A DNA stretch of 53,284 bases, filler included, from Squatina squatina (taxonomy: Eukaryota): assembly GCA_031763465.1 (NCBI GenBank). It is 3 parts of 3 records of this genome, joined end to end, with 100 filler letters (N's around TTAATTAATTAA, not from the genome) between each part and the next. Parts side by side here need not be neighbours in the genome. Positions count along the whole stretch, not along the records: positions 37,002 to 53,284 come from JARFOE010000176.1; 2 more parts are not named here. The stretch is one strand, 5' to 3'. The position numbers and the translations under genes are program-made. Shown here in pieces: positions 37,002-51,117 of the stretch; position 1 is the first letter of the stretch; each line of letters opens with the position of its first letter. The notes below the pieces were generated by a model. It did not search any database. It was given only the letters and a program-made list of their open reading frames with translations, and was not told the origin of the DNA.

Positions 37002-38351
37002 TTGGGAATTGAATCAGAAGGAAGGTCAAGTGATCAAGATTAGATATAGGTCAGTGACAAGGTCACTGCAGGATTACAAGTGAGTGGATCGCAGCACAAT
37101 GATTTTTCTCAAGTTCTATTTTCATTTTAAATGTATTTTAAAGTCCCACTGGGAGGGTGTAGAGAAAGCATGGGAACAGCTTAGAACAGATTAAATATTT
37201 CCTACTAAAACTGCAATTACAACAACTTGCTGCTACAGCTATACATAACTTTGCGGATAAAGGCAAATAAGGATAGTTCCCCTCTGCTGCAACCTAACCT
37301 GTCTTGCATCCCTTTTCTTCTTCTTCTTCCAAGTTACACAATAAGAGAAAACTCCCTACTAGGATTCACATTTTTTGCATTATGACTGTAGCAATAAAAA
37401 ATTTGGCAGCCAAAACTTGGCCTAAAATGTTGAGAAATGGTGATAAATTAGAACTAAAAATAACATCCAGCACAAAGCTAATTTCTGAGGTTCTTCTGAA
37501 AACTCTGTCTGTCACCCTCTAAATGTTAACTTCCTGTCTGCCCTCATTGCCCATTTTAGTAGGGCAAATTCAGCACACAATATATTCTTGGTGAGAATCA
37601 CAGGACATTGCATTGCACTAATATACATCCTATTACAATGAATTTAAATATTTAAATGAACCTCATGCCTGTTTTTGGTATTAGTTCCTTGGGTCCAACT
37701 AGAATTTTTTTGCAAGAGGAATCCATTGAGATTGATCTTGGTCCAATTTTCCTGCCCATTCCCCCTCCAGGGCCCAATCTGTTCTGGCACCACCAGTAAT
37801 ATCACAGAACATGTAAAAAGCCGTAAATCATGTTAACTTTTTATTCTCCAATACTCAAGCCATGAAGGTTCACACAGTATATAAAAAAGAAAAAAAGATG
37901 ATAATAGCATTTGATCAAATAGATACAACACAACCTTCCAGAGAAAGAGGAAATACGATAAACTATAAAGAGTGACCGTACAATAGAGGTTAAGAGCTCT
38001 TGTACAAGCGATTTGTTCTCACAGTTCATCTGACCCCATCTTCCATCCAGGGGTGCAGTCAGCATGTTGCAATGTAAACATAGGGTTGCACTTTTAATTG
38101 GAGAAGTGCTGATGTGCTTATATGGAAGATACCATTTGGCTGTTGTTATTATGCATGAGATTGGTGCGCTTATTGCCCCAGGTTCTCCGCAATTTATTTA
38201 ACTGAACTCCCAGTTTTGTCACATGATCATCCAAAAGACAATGGGAGTGAANNNNNNNNNNNNNNNNNNNNNNNNNNNNNNNNNNNNNNNNNNNNNNNNN
38301 NNNNNNNNNNNNNNNNNNNNNNNNNNNNNNNNNNNNNNNNNNNNNNNNNNN

Positions 38352-38403
38352 CTAGGTGCGTGGGAACATCGTTCCCACCCGGGGAGATTGCATTTTCAGG
38401 GCC
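38352..38403. mobile_element. DNA transposon terminal fragment, same family as 1274-1352
   Basis: ggtgcgtgggaacatcgttcccacccggggagattgcattttcagggcc. Confidence 0.6.
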
Positions 38404-38756
38404 AACATATGATGATATATAGTGTTTATTCTACTTACGAAGTGGACCTATCAAACTTTCTTCAGACTTCCTTTCATAAGAAATAATCCTCATGAAAATG
38501 GTTTCATTGCCTATGAAGTACTCTCCTTTTCTTGATTATCTTTTATAGACCTTTAGAGCTCTTCAGAAACATTTTGAATGCAAAGATTGCTTGAAACATC
38601 CAGTTTTCAGCTATTTCGAATACCCAAGTTTGCTTGTTTATAAAACAAGAATATCTGACTTTATCCCAAACTTTCCCAATGACCCTGCTGCTCTAGAAAT
38701 GATGCTTTGCAATGTAATTAAGGCATGTATTGAGTTTTTTGCCTTCTCTTCTACAG

Positions 38757-38918
38757 GTCAATGTTGACCACTACACCAAAGAGGTCACCATGAAGAACCT
38801 TGTTGAACCTTCAGCATCAACCTTTGAACTGGCACAGAAGAGAGTGCTCACTTTGATGGAGAAGGATTCATTCAGCAGGTTTCTGAAATCTGAACTCTAT
38901 CTGGAGCTGATAAAGTAA
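38757..38918 (+). CDS. RGS5: Regulator of G-protein signalling 5, last coding exon
   Basis: Acceptor ccttctcttctacag, then [53 protein letters not shown]. It matches recalled RGS5 [53 protein letters not shown], including the stop position. Confidence 0.9.
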   Translation, partial: VNVDHYTKEVTMKNLVEPSASTFELAQKRVLTLMEKDSFSRFLKSELYLELIK

Positions 38919-41069
38919 CATTGTAGCTGGGCTGTGCAAAGTGTGGGAGGAGTGGGACCACAGAGTCGGTAACTGAATATTCCCTCACTGCTGTTAGCTA
39001 AACAAAACTATTATTCCAACTGTTGTTCCCTTTAAAGCTTTTGGCACTATACTGACATCATTTTAATCTAACACTTGTCTTTGCATAGCCCGAAAATAAA
39101 CAGGCACCATCTTTGGCAAAGTGTTTGGACCTTTAACATTGTACTTGTCTTTTATGTGTGTTTTTATCTCTTCCTTATTTTTCCTATGAGATTATACCCA
39201 GCGATAAATAATCACGTGGCGTCAAGCAAATTCTTGGGCAAATCAAATCATTCCTTTAGAATTCTTATCACCATCCTGACAAGAATCTGGAAGAATGTTT
39301 TCAAAAAAAACATTTAAAGCAAAGAAATTCTAGTCCTTCCACTGAGCAAGCAACTTTTATCCTTCCTATATTGAGAAAACAGGAGCTCTGTGCAGTTGGT
39401 ACAGCAAATACTGCAGAAAGTATTTTAGTGAAATCATCAAAAGGTTTCTATGTTTACCAGTGAAGTGTCCTCTAAACATACAACACTCTACTACATAGAG
39501 TGTGGTAAATACATAATGCTATACAACTGAATAAGCTATAAGTAAATAACACTATACTACAGTATAAGGCTATGCTCTTAAACAAACCTGAATATTCTGA
39601 TGGTTTGCTTTAATCTACAGAATCACTGGCAGAGTAAGCAATGCAAGTATCAGCAGATGCAGCCTCCATGCTCGTATAGCTTTACTGAGACACGTGCCTT
39701 CATAAACCACTTACTCTGGCAGTTTAACCTGACCACCTGATCATCACCTGTGCCAAGGTGAGGTGTGGCTATTCCATCTAAATTACAGCGTTCGAGCAGG
39801 AGAATCCCGAACATTCTTGAGTTACAGAGAAACCAAGATGGTTATGCATTCAAAAATGTTTTCAGTAATTTAGTTGGTTGACTATGGCGCTTGCTGTTTG
39901 TTCACTGGTAGTGGTTTTACTGCTAGCTTTTTGCTGCTGTTGTTTGTTCATTGGTAGATTTCCTGTCAATTTACTTATATTTGAGGCAATCAGTGTCATT
40001 CAGTTAACAGATTTCTGGTTCTTGGTTTCGTGTGGAAAATATTTCGTAAGCTTTTGCTGGCTGGAGCTGTTTTCGGCTGCTGCACACACCATGAATTCAT
40101 CAAGTGAACCTACCTCAGTTTTGCTTTTTATTCTTTGTGAATTTTGTGCTTAAGGTTCGTGTTGGGTAATGGGAAGCATCAAACATTCCAAGGTCATAGC
40201 ACAGAATAAAGATCCCTTTACTTTGTCCCAACACCGTGTCAGAATCAGAACCTCAGGACAATATCTATGCTCTACCAGTGTAACATTTCCCGTTTTTCCT
40301 ATTCCAGCAGAAGACTCATAACCCATGGAAAACCAGGATAACACAAATGTCGGCCTGTAATGTGTGCTGTTGTATAATGGGCTGGAATATGTGGTGGGTA
40401 ATAACGGTGAACTAACAGCTTTTGCCTGTTGGAAATAATCACTTTATGGCTATCTCTGGTCACTTTAATAATCAGGATCGACTGTATACCAATATGGTGG
40501 GTATATTGTGTTTAATCAAAGTTTAAGACAGAATATAACACATTAGTTATATTGCAAAAATATACATCCATAACAAGTAGCTTGTACCAATCACAATCGG
40601 GCAAACGGCTGGCGCACTTAAACAGTTCTCTGGTTTGTGGCCTCTCTTCCTTTGCCTGGAACTTCCTTCGGTGAGCATGGGAGCACTCTTGAAAGATTGT
40701 TCGACTGGCCCAACTTCTGTGTAGTTCCTCACCACCGCCTGCAGGGACAGGCTCTCAGGATGTTACTTTTATTCTCTTTTTAGGGGTGGGCCTGAAATGA
40801 GATATTTGAGAACAAGACAATTCGACTTTTATGTATCGCGTGCAGGGTGGAGCTGGAATAACTTAGTCGATGCAGTGCTTNNNNNNNNNNNNNNNNNNNN
40901 NNNNNNNNNNNNNNNNNNNNNNNNNNNNNNNNNNNNNNNNNNNNNNNNNNNNNNNNNNNNNNNNNNNNNNNNNNNNNNNNGCCCCAATAAACAGTTTGCA
41001 CGCAAGCAAAGTAACCAAATAAACTAAAATGTGCCAGGATTCACGGTTAATGCACTGCTGTAAAATATC

Positions 41070-41128
41070 TATATACAATCTATACCAACATGTCCATGTA
41101 CAATCTGTACCAACATGCCCACGTACAT
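41070..41128 (+). repeat. Short tandem duplication, period about 25
   Basis: tacaatctataccaacatgtccatg followed by tacaatctgtaccaacatgcccacg. Confidence 0.7.
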
Positions 41129-42662
41129 TTTATACGTGCTGTTTATTTTGATTTTAAAAGGTTCCAAAATATCATTTAAATTCATACAAGGGAACTATTT
41201 TTGTCATTTCCGAACATCAGCAGACAATAAACATGAAATAGAATAGTCTCAATCCTATCACTGAAAAATTTCTAGCAGCAATTATTTTTCTCTTGTACCT
41301 TTATGCCTGAGAACATTTTGATCTCCTTTTATGATGGGCTATCATCCAGCAAAGCTAAGATCAAACCAATTCTGTCATGGAATGGCTGGAATGTGTTGGA
41401 TGACTTGAAGGAAAACAAGAGAGGATGGAGGTGAAACGAGCATAGAAAGTAGCACGTGTCTGGAATAAAGTTGAGCATTTTAAGAAAGGAAATGGCTGAA
41501 GGAAGCCAAATAATCAGATATTAATGTCGTTAGGCCCTTACAATTATCTTTCGTCTCATATTCAGTAAGAGCTTAATATGGCAGCACATATTGTGAACTG
41601 TCTGATTGAATGATTTCATTTTGTAAAACAAATCATCGGACTAATTAGCTTGAAGTTAGGAGAGTGGTTCCTGTACTGCCATGTTAAGGAGCAACACGGT
41701 CAAATTAATCTTAATAAAGAACTGCGTAATTTCCTAACAATGATTTCCATTTTCTTTGCTGGAGATGAACATAGGTTAACATGCTGCATTAACAAAGATT
41801 AATACTGTTCTCATGTTATCCTGATAAAGAAAAAAATATTGTATTGTGTTCCATTAAAAATAAACCATAAACACACACACAGAAACACAAAAGGAAGTCC
41901 TGGAAAGGTTGCTCTCACCATCAGCAGTTGTACACTCAAACAATGAATGGAATGATTTGTCGGCTGTGTATTCTTTGCCCATCTAATGAACTATGTCTAC
42001 AATGTTAACCAAAATATTTAAAGTGAATGCTTAAGAGTTGATTCCTGTACTTTTAATTGTGTAGCCAGTGCATGCTCATTATTAAATGTACTCCATGTAA
42101 TGCATGTGCGTTATTATTCCAGTGCTCAGTCTTATCATGAAGGATAATCTCATATTAAGAGTTTCAGTAAATGCTTCATTGGTTATGGTGAGAAATCAGT
42201 GAAAAACCTAGCTGAAGGGCCAAAGCCCATAGAATAGGACCCAGCCAGGGTTGAAACAAGTCAAAGAAATGATAATGTAAATCATGAAGTAGTGGTGAGG
42301 GGATGCCAAATTTGTAAGGTATATTTTGTATTGGAAAAGCTGCTGGGAGATTATACAAAAAAAACACACTGCTGACCTTACATTTTCAAAAGGGCCAGCA
42401 AATGTCAACTAGTAAGAGTTTTTTTTTATTGTGAAGCTAAAGTATCACCTGGGAGAGTGGTGAGGGTGTGTGCATGGAAGGAGCGGAATAAGAATCGGCC
42501 AACTGAATTGTCAGGAATTGTACACTGTGCTATTATTCTATTATTAAGCCAATATCTATGTGNNNNNNNNNNNNNNNNNNNNNNNNNNNNNNNNNNNNNN
42601 NNNNNNNNNNNNNNNNNNNNNNNNNNNNNNNNNNNNNNNNNNNNNNNNNNNNNNNNNNNNNN

Positions 42663-42880
42663 GAAAACAGACGCAAAGTATTCATTCAGAACCATACCCA
42701 CGTCTTCCGCCTCCACACACAGGTTACCCTTGTGGTCCCGAATAGGCCTTATTCTTTCTTTAGTTATCCTCTTGCTCTTTATCTATTTATAAAACATCTT
42801 TGGGTTTTCCTTGATTTTACTTGCCAGTATTTTTTAATGCCCTCTCTTTGCTTTCCTAATTTCATTTTCAATTTCACCCC
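42663..42880 (-). mobile_element. CR1 ORF2 fragment
   Basis: Minus strand encodes EAEDVGMVLNEYFASVF and the preceding basic region typical of CR1 ORF2. Confidence 0.85.
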
Positions 42881-44079
42881 TCCACTTTTCTTGCCAGTGG
42901 TAAAATAAGAAGATTACACCATTGAATCAATATGGGTGCCACCTTGTCAACACTTGCTTTGACTGGTAATTGTTTAGATTGAACAGTTGCTGCCTGGTAA
43001 GTTTGATACTTAGTAGTGAGAATCTATTTGTGCTGGGCCACATCAGATGGAGTTAAACCGCAACGGCTTAAAGCGATAAACTAATGCCAAATTGGCGCAA
43101 TTATCTTGACAATCACCATCCAAATGAGTGTTGTATGTTTTGATCAATGGAAATCATTTCTGAAGCCAAAATCATAAAACAATCATATCTGGGAGGCAGG
43201 GTACTGAACAGTAAAATCAGGCTGTTACTGAAGTTCTATTTTCAGCTTAATGTCTAAATGAAGCAAATACTGAAATTCTAAGTATTATTCATTATTAAAA
43301 GTTAACCTTTTCATTATTATTCTACTTTGCATACAACATGTATCCACTCCAATGGTTTGAACTCCTCATGATCCGACAGCCTCTATTGATTATATAATGC
43401 CATGAATGGTTTGCTGAAGGAGGGCAGATTTGAGTATTGTCCAGATGTGATTGACGCTAAAATGATGTGCAGTTACGCTCTCCACTTCACAACCTGATGG
43501 CAGTGTACTTCTGAAAAATGGAGGAACCTTTAATCTGGGTAACCGACTGCATAAGAAATCGTCCATGTCTTCATTTATAGAGAGCAGGCGTTTTTTCATA
43601 AAACGAAAGAAAACTCAGCTTCCCATCACAAACGTGATGTTCAAGGCATTATATCATCATAGCAATGACTTTAAATATGCTCATGAAATGGTGATGATAT
43701 TCCCTTGAACTGCATTAAAAACAATGCTTCACTTTGAGCTCAATCCAACTCAGACGCAAGCATTTAACTACCAATTATCAACACCTTCATGTTAATTTTA
43801 TGAAGTGTTCATTCGGGAGTTCAGTTCGATAACTGAAATAGTTGAATCGATATGGGTGTAATGATTATCCCTTTCTTGTTATCTGAACATTAATGTACTG
43901 TTAAAGCTGATAAATGACTGCAGTGGCCCTTTTGTGCATTCTGTCTTATCTTGGAAGAGTTACAAACCTAATGAAGTAAACATGTATCTCTATACCAAAA
44001 TATGCCTGTTTTCTTCGATGTAATTAATAGATTTTCGTATGAACAGCTCCTGAAAGGTTCAAAGAGTCACTTAGCAGCT

Positions 44080-44237
44080 CATTCTGAGTCTGCCTGAGAA
44101 AAGACTCACCATGGCTGCTTGCATCCAGTGCTTCCACTGCAGTAGCAAGCCGATGCGTTGCCTCGGCCTGTGCCGCAATGGAGGATGCCATATCGCCCAT
44201 GAGATATCTCATGGCCGCTGTATCCTCACATTCACAC
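44080..44237 (-). mobile_element. Possible fragment of a Harbinger accessory (Myb/SANT-type) ORF
   Basis: MGDMASSIAAQAEATHRLATAVEA is an Ala-rich helical stretch resembling repeat-derived ORFs recalled from shark genomes. It sits at a contig end, as repeats here do. The SANT domain itself is not visible. Confidence 0.3.
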
Positions 44238-47200
44238 NNNNNNNNNNNNNNNNNNNNNNNNNNNNNNNNNNNNNNNNNNNNNNNNNNNNNNNNNNNNNNN
44301 NNNNNNNNNNNNNNNNNNNNNNNNNNNNNNNNNNNNNTTCCTAGTCTTCAATGCATCAATTTTGACTCACATAGCTAAACCATTACATTACAAAAATAGA
44401 AACAGAAAATCGTGTTTTCAACATTGTGAAATAATATCGCACTGGTTCTGAGAAAAACTCACAGAATGAAAGGCAAAAGCTTTGTTGATTTATTAGTCTT
44501 TTGTAAATTCAGTGGCTGACTACAATGAAGCAGTCCTGTGATTTGCATGCACATAGATTGACAGTGGGCTTGACTGACTAATTCGGTTATTTATTGAAGA
44601 AGTAAAATAAATGTATTTAATCACAGTGAAAATGTCACTGCCGGTCTCCAAGATGGTTTGTTGATGCAGAAAAATAGAAATAGGAGAAAGTGTGCCAAAG
44701 TACTGAAAGGAAATTGCTAAAGCATATTGTTGGAGTCCCGTGATGAGATTTTGATTTCAATTTTTCTTTGGGAGGCGGTATGGAGAAAGTGAGTATTTTA
44801 AAACAAAATCTACTCATAAACCCAAAGGACAGGGAATAATGATATGGTAATGAGAGCATGCCAAATAGTGCCGCTGTAGTATTAACTCATGAATCTGTAG
44901 CATTAACCGTACCCTAGATTTACTCTCACTTAAAATACAGAAAACAGTGCATCCACTGGTCTGCAAATGTTGATAGGCTTCTTTCCTTTGGTTTCCTCAG
45001 GTTTAATGTGGATCATTTATTATTATTCACATCCTACCCTTGGCTGGATGAACTCTGGGATAACCCCTGAGGGATTATGTATTGGTGAGAACTACTCCAA
45101 CAAGATAATCCCACAATTTATTACAATCAAACTGGACATTCAGAGCATGACCATTTGGAAAACAAAAACAAAGCTGGGGATTATGAACCCTTTGAGTACC
45201 ATGACAGTCCTGTTCAATTTTCAAAGCTCTTCTTCTACATGATGTGCATGTGTATTGAATTTCCAAACATCCTATTGTGGATAAAAATAACAATACAATA
45301 TAGTAAGTGCGGCCGAATTGAATTAATATCAGAAAGCCTTCACAATTTTAAACAAAGATTTATTGTTTTTTCATATAATTTTCATCTGAACATGTTATTA
45401 GCTAGATTTTAAAATCATCTCTGTATAGCAGATGTGAAAAATTAAATTGCGTCGCAGAGAAGCCCCCTTGTTCCAACAACTGCAACAAAATGGCTTCTGT
45501 GCGTCTAGGCTGGGGTTATCCCGAGACTACAGATCTTGGACTGGTAGCTACACCATCAATTTACAGTTACTAGTTCCTGGCTGTAAATGTAGCCCTTGAG
45601 GACAGTACAGCATTCTGCACATACATGCTTACGTGTGTGTGCAGTGCTCTACTCCAGGTGGTAATTTTTGAATATTCTGAGACCACAGATAGTGTTGGGA
45701 TAAATCCTTCCTTATCATTTTAATAGATTCGTAAAGTTAGAGATAGTAATATGCCTGAGAATTAACTTCATTTACTCATACTTCAAAACATTCGTCATTT
45801 AACATTTCATTCAGTATTGTATACATTTAGCCTCACGTCTGAAACCGTCAGCACAAAGAACTTCTCGGGGTAAATTGTGAGAATGGCTTATCCAAGCCTA
45901 TTCATGACAGCAAAGTAAAGTTTCTACTGAGTTCAAATATTGTACCTCTTTTTATACCATTTTCTACATCCTGTTGGATGCAATACTGTCAGGTGTTTTA
46001 TGACCTCCCCCCATCCCCCAGTTCTTTGGACAGATTACCAGATAGGGAAGAGGGGCCTCACATCTTCTTATACCATACNNNNNNNNNNNNNNNNNNNNNN
46101 NNNNNNNNNNNNNNNNNNNNNNNNNNNNNNNNNNNNNNNNNNNNNNNNNNNNNNNNNNNNNNNNNNNNNNNNNNNNNNGCAAGACTCTGTCTTGCTCCTG
46201 CTGGAATGTGTGGATATTGGGCAAGGACAAGTATTAGGCTTGGCTTTGTTGAACCCTCCTTCCATCCAAGTTGGAAAGGCTGCAAGACACTCATTGTCTG
46301 GCCTCAATGAATAGCCGGTTGGGCGAGGTACTGGAAAGCTGCAGAGGCCCTTGGAGCCATGTTCCAGCAAGTATGAATGCCTTCCAGGGAGGAGGGGAGA
46401 AAACAGGTGGGGAAAAATTACATACTTTTGCTCCTCACGACTGCAGTAGAACTTCCTAGCTAACCTAATGTGCCCAGTTCAGCTCCACATTACTGGAGAT
46501 TTGGGGGTGAAAAATGAAAACTCTCCAATCTGTCAGTACCGCTTGAAGACTGCTTTCAGACTATTCTCATCCTACCCACTCTGAATGCTTCAGTTATTAA
46601 TACAGTCAAAACACAACAACAAGAGTTCCTTGTCAAGACAGGGTGAAGTAATGATCCAAAGCAATGCCGGATTCATTTGTTCTACCCTTCACATTCTACC
46701 AAGGTGAGTGAAGATGTAAAATAAAATTCTTTACATTTGTTATATAATTGGTGATATTGGCCCAAACAGTACTATTAGGTTTTGGCTATACTCAATGAGC
46801 AGGTAGCCAGTAACGACAGGATCGGTAGAGTAGCATTTTTGAAAATAATAGTGATAGTGAAAAGGGTTCTACTTAAGTTACCTTGTTACTAATGGATTAA
46901 GGTGTGCTCTTCACACTTCTGTAGCAGGTTAATGCACAAGAAAACCTGTCTGTAATATAAGGGGTATTCTGCGCATCTCATTGTGAGGGAGCAGTGCAAA
47001 AAACTGCACATCACATATTGTCTAAAATGGTTTCAGGGAGACAATTACCTGTGAGCTGCGCCTGTTTTGTCCTTCTTGATGGGCGCTGAGCTGTGGTCAC
47101 TCAGCATCTCCGGCTTTGGCAACAAGAAGCCAAGGCGATGTTTCATGTCCTTTGCGCTGTGAGGAATCGACAGAAATGATATTAAGGAAAGGAGCTAATG

Positions 47201-48747
47201 CCTGTGTTCCAAAGATNNNNNNNNNNAAACCTCAAACATTGAAATGCTACATAAAGCTTGTGAAAAAATGCATCAACTAATTGTGAGCATCTTGCACAAT
47301 TAAATATATCAGCGATAAAACATTTCAATAAAACACAGAATATATTATATTTGATTTAAACAGTAGTACTTCACTACGTTGGTCTTTAATATAAGACGCA
47401 TTGTTTACAGCTTCCACTTTTTATTTATATATAGCGCAGCACTGTCTAATAAGGTGTTATCAGGCTCTTGCAGGGAGGAGTTACTGTATCAGATGGAAAT
47501 ACTGGAAAAAAACTGTTTAAGGGGAAATACAGATTTTTCTTCTAATTGCTAGGCTCTGGGGCTTGAATTGTTGCTAATGCCAAATCAGTATTAAGACACG
47601 AAAACAGCAACCGGGTCAGCGCAGAAAGAGTTCTTTTACATCAATGATTTTCCTCAGTTATATTCAAGCCCTTTGAAGAACTGACATCGCATTCAAGAAA
47701 CTAAACATGTCACGACAGGAAAGGGTCTAATAAAGAGTCTATCAAAAAACACACAGCACACTCTTATCTAAAATAAGCAGAGCTCAGAGGGATTTGCAGC
47801 AGTAACATGTCATTATGCACTGAGGACAAAAACCTTTTTGATCTGAATTCGGTTCTTTTTTAAAATTGATATTTTTACACAGAACTGAAAGAAGCTATGA
47901 GCCAGGTAGCTGTGCAGGTCTCAACTGCATTCAGCTCTCTGATCCTTTCTCATAAATGGAAACTAGGCAAATCACCCAATAATTTACACAGTGCTGCCGC
48001 AAACGTTCCCATTTCTTCCTATTGAAATCTGCCCGCCTGGTCATTTAAAGTCCATAAAATACACTCGTTATAATCTTTCTCGCTGTATTTGGTTAATCAA
48101 AACATTAAGTGAACATTGCTGGAAATGTAAACACAAAAATAAATCTGAACTCCATACAGTTAAAAACATACCTTCTTAGGCAAGTAGCAGGCAGATCAGC
48201 TAGTCCTTTACACATGTTGATATTAATCAGTCTCTGTTGACTAGTGTCAGGTCTATGGCAATACTTCACTTTGGCTTTGATACGTTCGGGATTCTGATCA
48301 GGCTCTTAGCAGAGACAGGGCTTTTATATGGTNNNNNNNNNNNNNNNNNNNNNNNNNNNNNNNNNNNNNNNNNNNNNNNNNNNNNNNNNNNNNNNNNNNN
48401 NNNNNNNNNNNNNNNNNNNNNNNNNNNNNNNNTCTTTAAATCCACCAATAATGTCACAGCCCTTTTTCACCAATGATGGTCTGGTATTTTCCAAACTGCT
48501 GGACACCTCCCCCCTACCTGCCCCTGCTCCCAAGGTTAGAGCAAAATGTGAAAATAGAGGCAGAAATATAAATTGTGGAGGAACTGAGCCTCAAGGAGAG
48601 AATCAAAATATTATAAAGCAAGTGGGGTGCAGGCAAAAATACAATACAAGGTGAGCAAGAGATTAGTGGCTTCCAAATGTGAACACCCTACACTGCCTGC
48701 TCCTCCAGAGATAGCAACTAAGTATTTGTAGATCTTTAATTGTTTGT

Positions 48748-49147
48748 GTCTCACCTGAGCCAGAAGATTGAGAGGTCAAGCTCGACTTCAGAAACTTGAG
48801 CACAAGAACCAGGCTAACACTACCAGTATGGTACTGAAGGAGTGTTGCACTGTCGGAGGTGCAGCTTTTCGGAAGAGACGTTAAAACGAGGAGACATTAA
48901 ACCGCCTCTCAGCTGTGTGTAAAAGATCCCACGGCACTATTTCGAAGAAGAGCTGAAGAGCTCTCCCCAGTGTCCTGGCCAATATTTATCCCTCAACCAG
49001 CATCATTAACAATTAATATGATTATATTCCGTGGGAACTTGCTGTGCGCAAATTGATTGCTGCGTTTCCTACATTACAACAGCAGCTACACGTCAAAAGT
49101 ACTTCATTGGCTGTGAAGCACTCAGATGTCCTGAAAGACGTTATTAA
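48748..49147 (+). mobile_element. tRNA-derived DeuSINE (SacSINE1-like)
   Basis: Reverse-complement homologue of the copies above (gcactgtcggaggtgc, aaagatccc, tgtcctggccaatatttatccctcaacc, ctgtgcgcaaattg). Confidence 0.8.
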
Positions 49148-49564
49148 AACATAGAATCAGAAATCTACAGCATGCAAGGAGGCCATTCGGCCCATCGTGT
49201 CTGTGCCAGCCGACAAAGAACAATCCAGTCTTAACCCACTTTCCAGCTCTTTGTCTGTAGCTCTTCAAGTGCACATCCAAGTACTTTTAAATGCTGAGGG
49301 TTTCTGCCTCCACCACCCTTTCAGGCACTGAGTTCCACATCCCCACCACCCTCGGGGTGAAAACATTTCCTCAACTCCCCTCTAAACCTTCGACCACCTA
49401 CTTTAAATTTATGCCCCTGGTTAATGACCTCTCTGTTAAGGTGAATAGGTTCTTCCTATCCACTCTATCAAGACCCCTCATCATTTTATACACCTCAATT
49501 AGGACTCCCCTCAGCCTCCTCTGATCCAAAGTAAAAAAAACCTCAGACTATCCAATCTTTCCTC
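49148..49564 (-). mobile_element. CR1 LINE 3' end
   Basis: catagaa tail, ggccattcggccc hairpin region and tttatacacctcaattagg, all reverse complements of CR1 C-terminal sequence. Confidence 0.8.
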
Positions 49565-50020
49565 CTCTTTCGTTTAGGCACTTTACAGCCTTCTGGGCTC
49601 AACATCGAGTTCAACAATTTCAAACCATAACCTCGGCTCCATATTTTGATTTATTTATTTATTTTCTGTTTTTGTTTCCCCCCAACCCGCTCCCCCCCCA
49701 CCCCCTGGCAGCTGCTCATTCCCCATTCACACCCTAGCAAGACTTACCTTTTCTTTCTTAACCTGTCTCATTACCATCTCCTTTTGCCTTGCACAATCTC
49801 TTAATGTCCTTTAATCTCTTCTGCCTTCCACAGACCTTCCCTTTTGTTCTTTCCTCCCCTCCCCTCCCCTCTTTCCCTGCTCCTGCATTTCCTTAAAAAC
49901 CTGTTACATTTCTACCTTTTTCCAGTTCTGACGAAGGTCATCGACCTGACACGTTAACTCTGTTTCCCTCCACAGATACTGCCCACCTGACCTGCTGAGT
50001 ATTTCCAACATTCTCTGTGT
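49565..50020 (+). mobile_element. Penelope-like element 3' end
   Basis: LFRLGTLQPSGLNIEFNNFKP*, a pyrimidine-rich UTR, then tctgacgaaggtcatcgacctgacacgttaactctg..tgacctgctgagtatttcca. Confidence 0.8.
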
Positions 50021-51117
50021 TCACACCAACTATACTCTCTTTCTATAACATCATCTGGGCAATTTGTTCATGAAGTCCAGTGGCCAGGCATCAGCCACCC
50101 TTCCTGGTAACCCTTTCTAGTTATCGATCGTCCTCTATGTCAGGAAATACTTGCTGATATCTTTCCAAAGATACTCTTCACAACCCTGAGATTGTGGCAT
50201 TGAGTTTCTTCACCCTACTCCAATCAGCTTTATCAACTAGCTATTTCTGATGTATTTGTTGCTGTGTTGGCTCCTTGCAATAATTTTGTTTTGCTAATTA
50301 GTCCTGACTCTGGTGATCATTCAGCACCAAACAGTATTTCCATCTCCTTTTGTAGATCAGTTCAACCCAAATTAGGAATGTTTTCCCTTAATGCACTTAG
50401 TTTTGGTGTATTTTTGCACGGAAGGTGGTGCTTGATAAAAGATGCAAATTCCAAAAAAGTTTTCACGGTACATTAAAATGGAAATTGAAGATAAGCATGC
50501 ATTTCTCAGTAAGGAGCCAACCCTTTGAAAATCACATTGGTTGCCCAGCTTTTACGCTTGGGAATCAGCAGCTATCTTTTAAAGTTATTATGTGCTCAGG
50601 TATTTCTGGTCTATGAGGCTCAAATTCCTGGTTACAAGCCAAGCAGTTGGTCTCTCACTGTCTAATATATCACAACATGCTAACTGTTGGAAGTAATAAC
50701 ATAGCATTCAGAATACGTCATAGGGACTGGTCAGATGGGCTGCAGTTGTCATTTGCAGTCCTGTATGTAAAAGCTCTCTTGCTTATATGATTCCATTTAA
50801 AACAGGCTCTTGATAACATACAGACTTTGGTCCAGACAATATTGAGCTGGTATAGCTGTGCTGCTACCTCATTACTTACTTACTCATTGCCACTAAGAAT
50901 ACTGTTCCTACACCGTCTATTGGTGAGTCATCACTCAGTGGCCCTGTTCGCCCAGCAGCTGCCAAGTTGGCTATGTACTGAATTTGGAGCTCTAGTTAAA
51001 CATCATTTTCTGACTGTTTCACAGCAGTTATGTCTGTCAGTCATTCATGCTGGGCCCATGTGAGAAACCCATTGTAAATCCCCTTGCTGATATTCTGTCT
51101 CCTCTTCCCCTTATTGC

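Noticed and set aside
40547-40745. Minus-strand exon after cctgtccctgcag, considered as RGS4 or a selenoprotein (in-frame TGA)
   Set aside because: No frame resembles an RGS domain or a known selenoprotein motif, and no SECIS element was identified.
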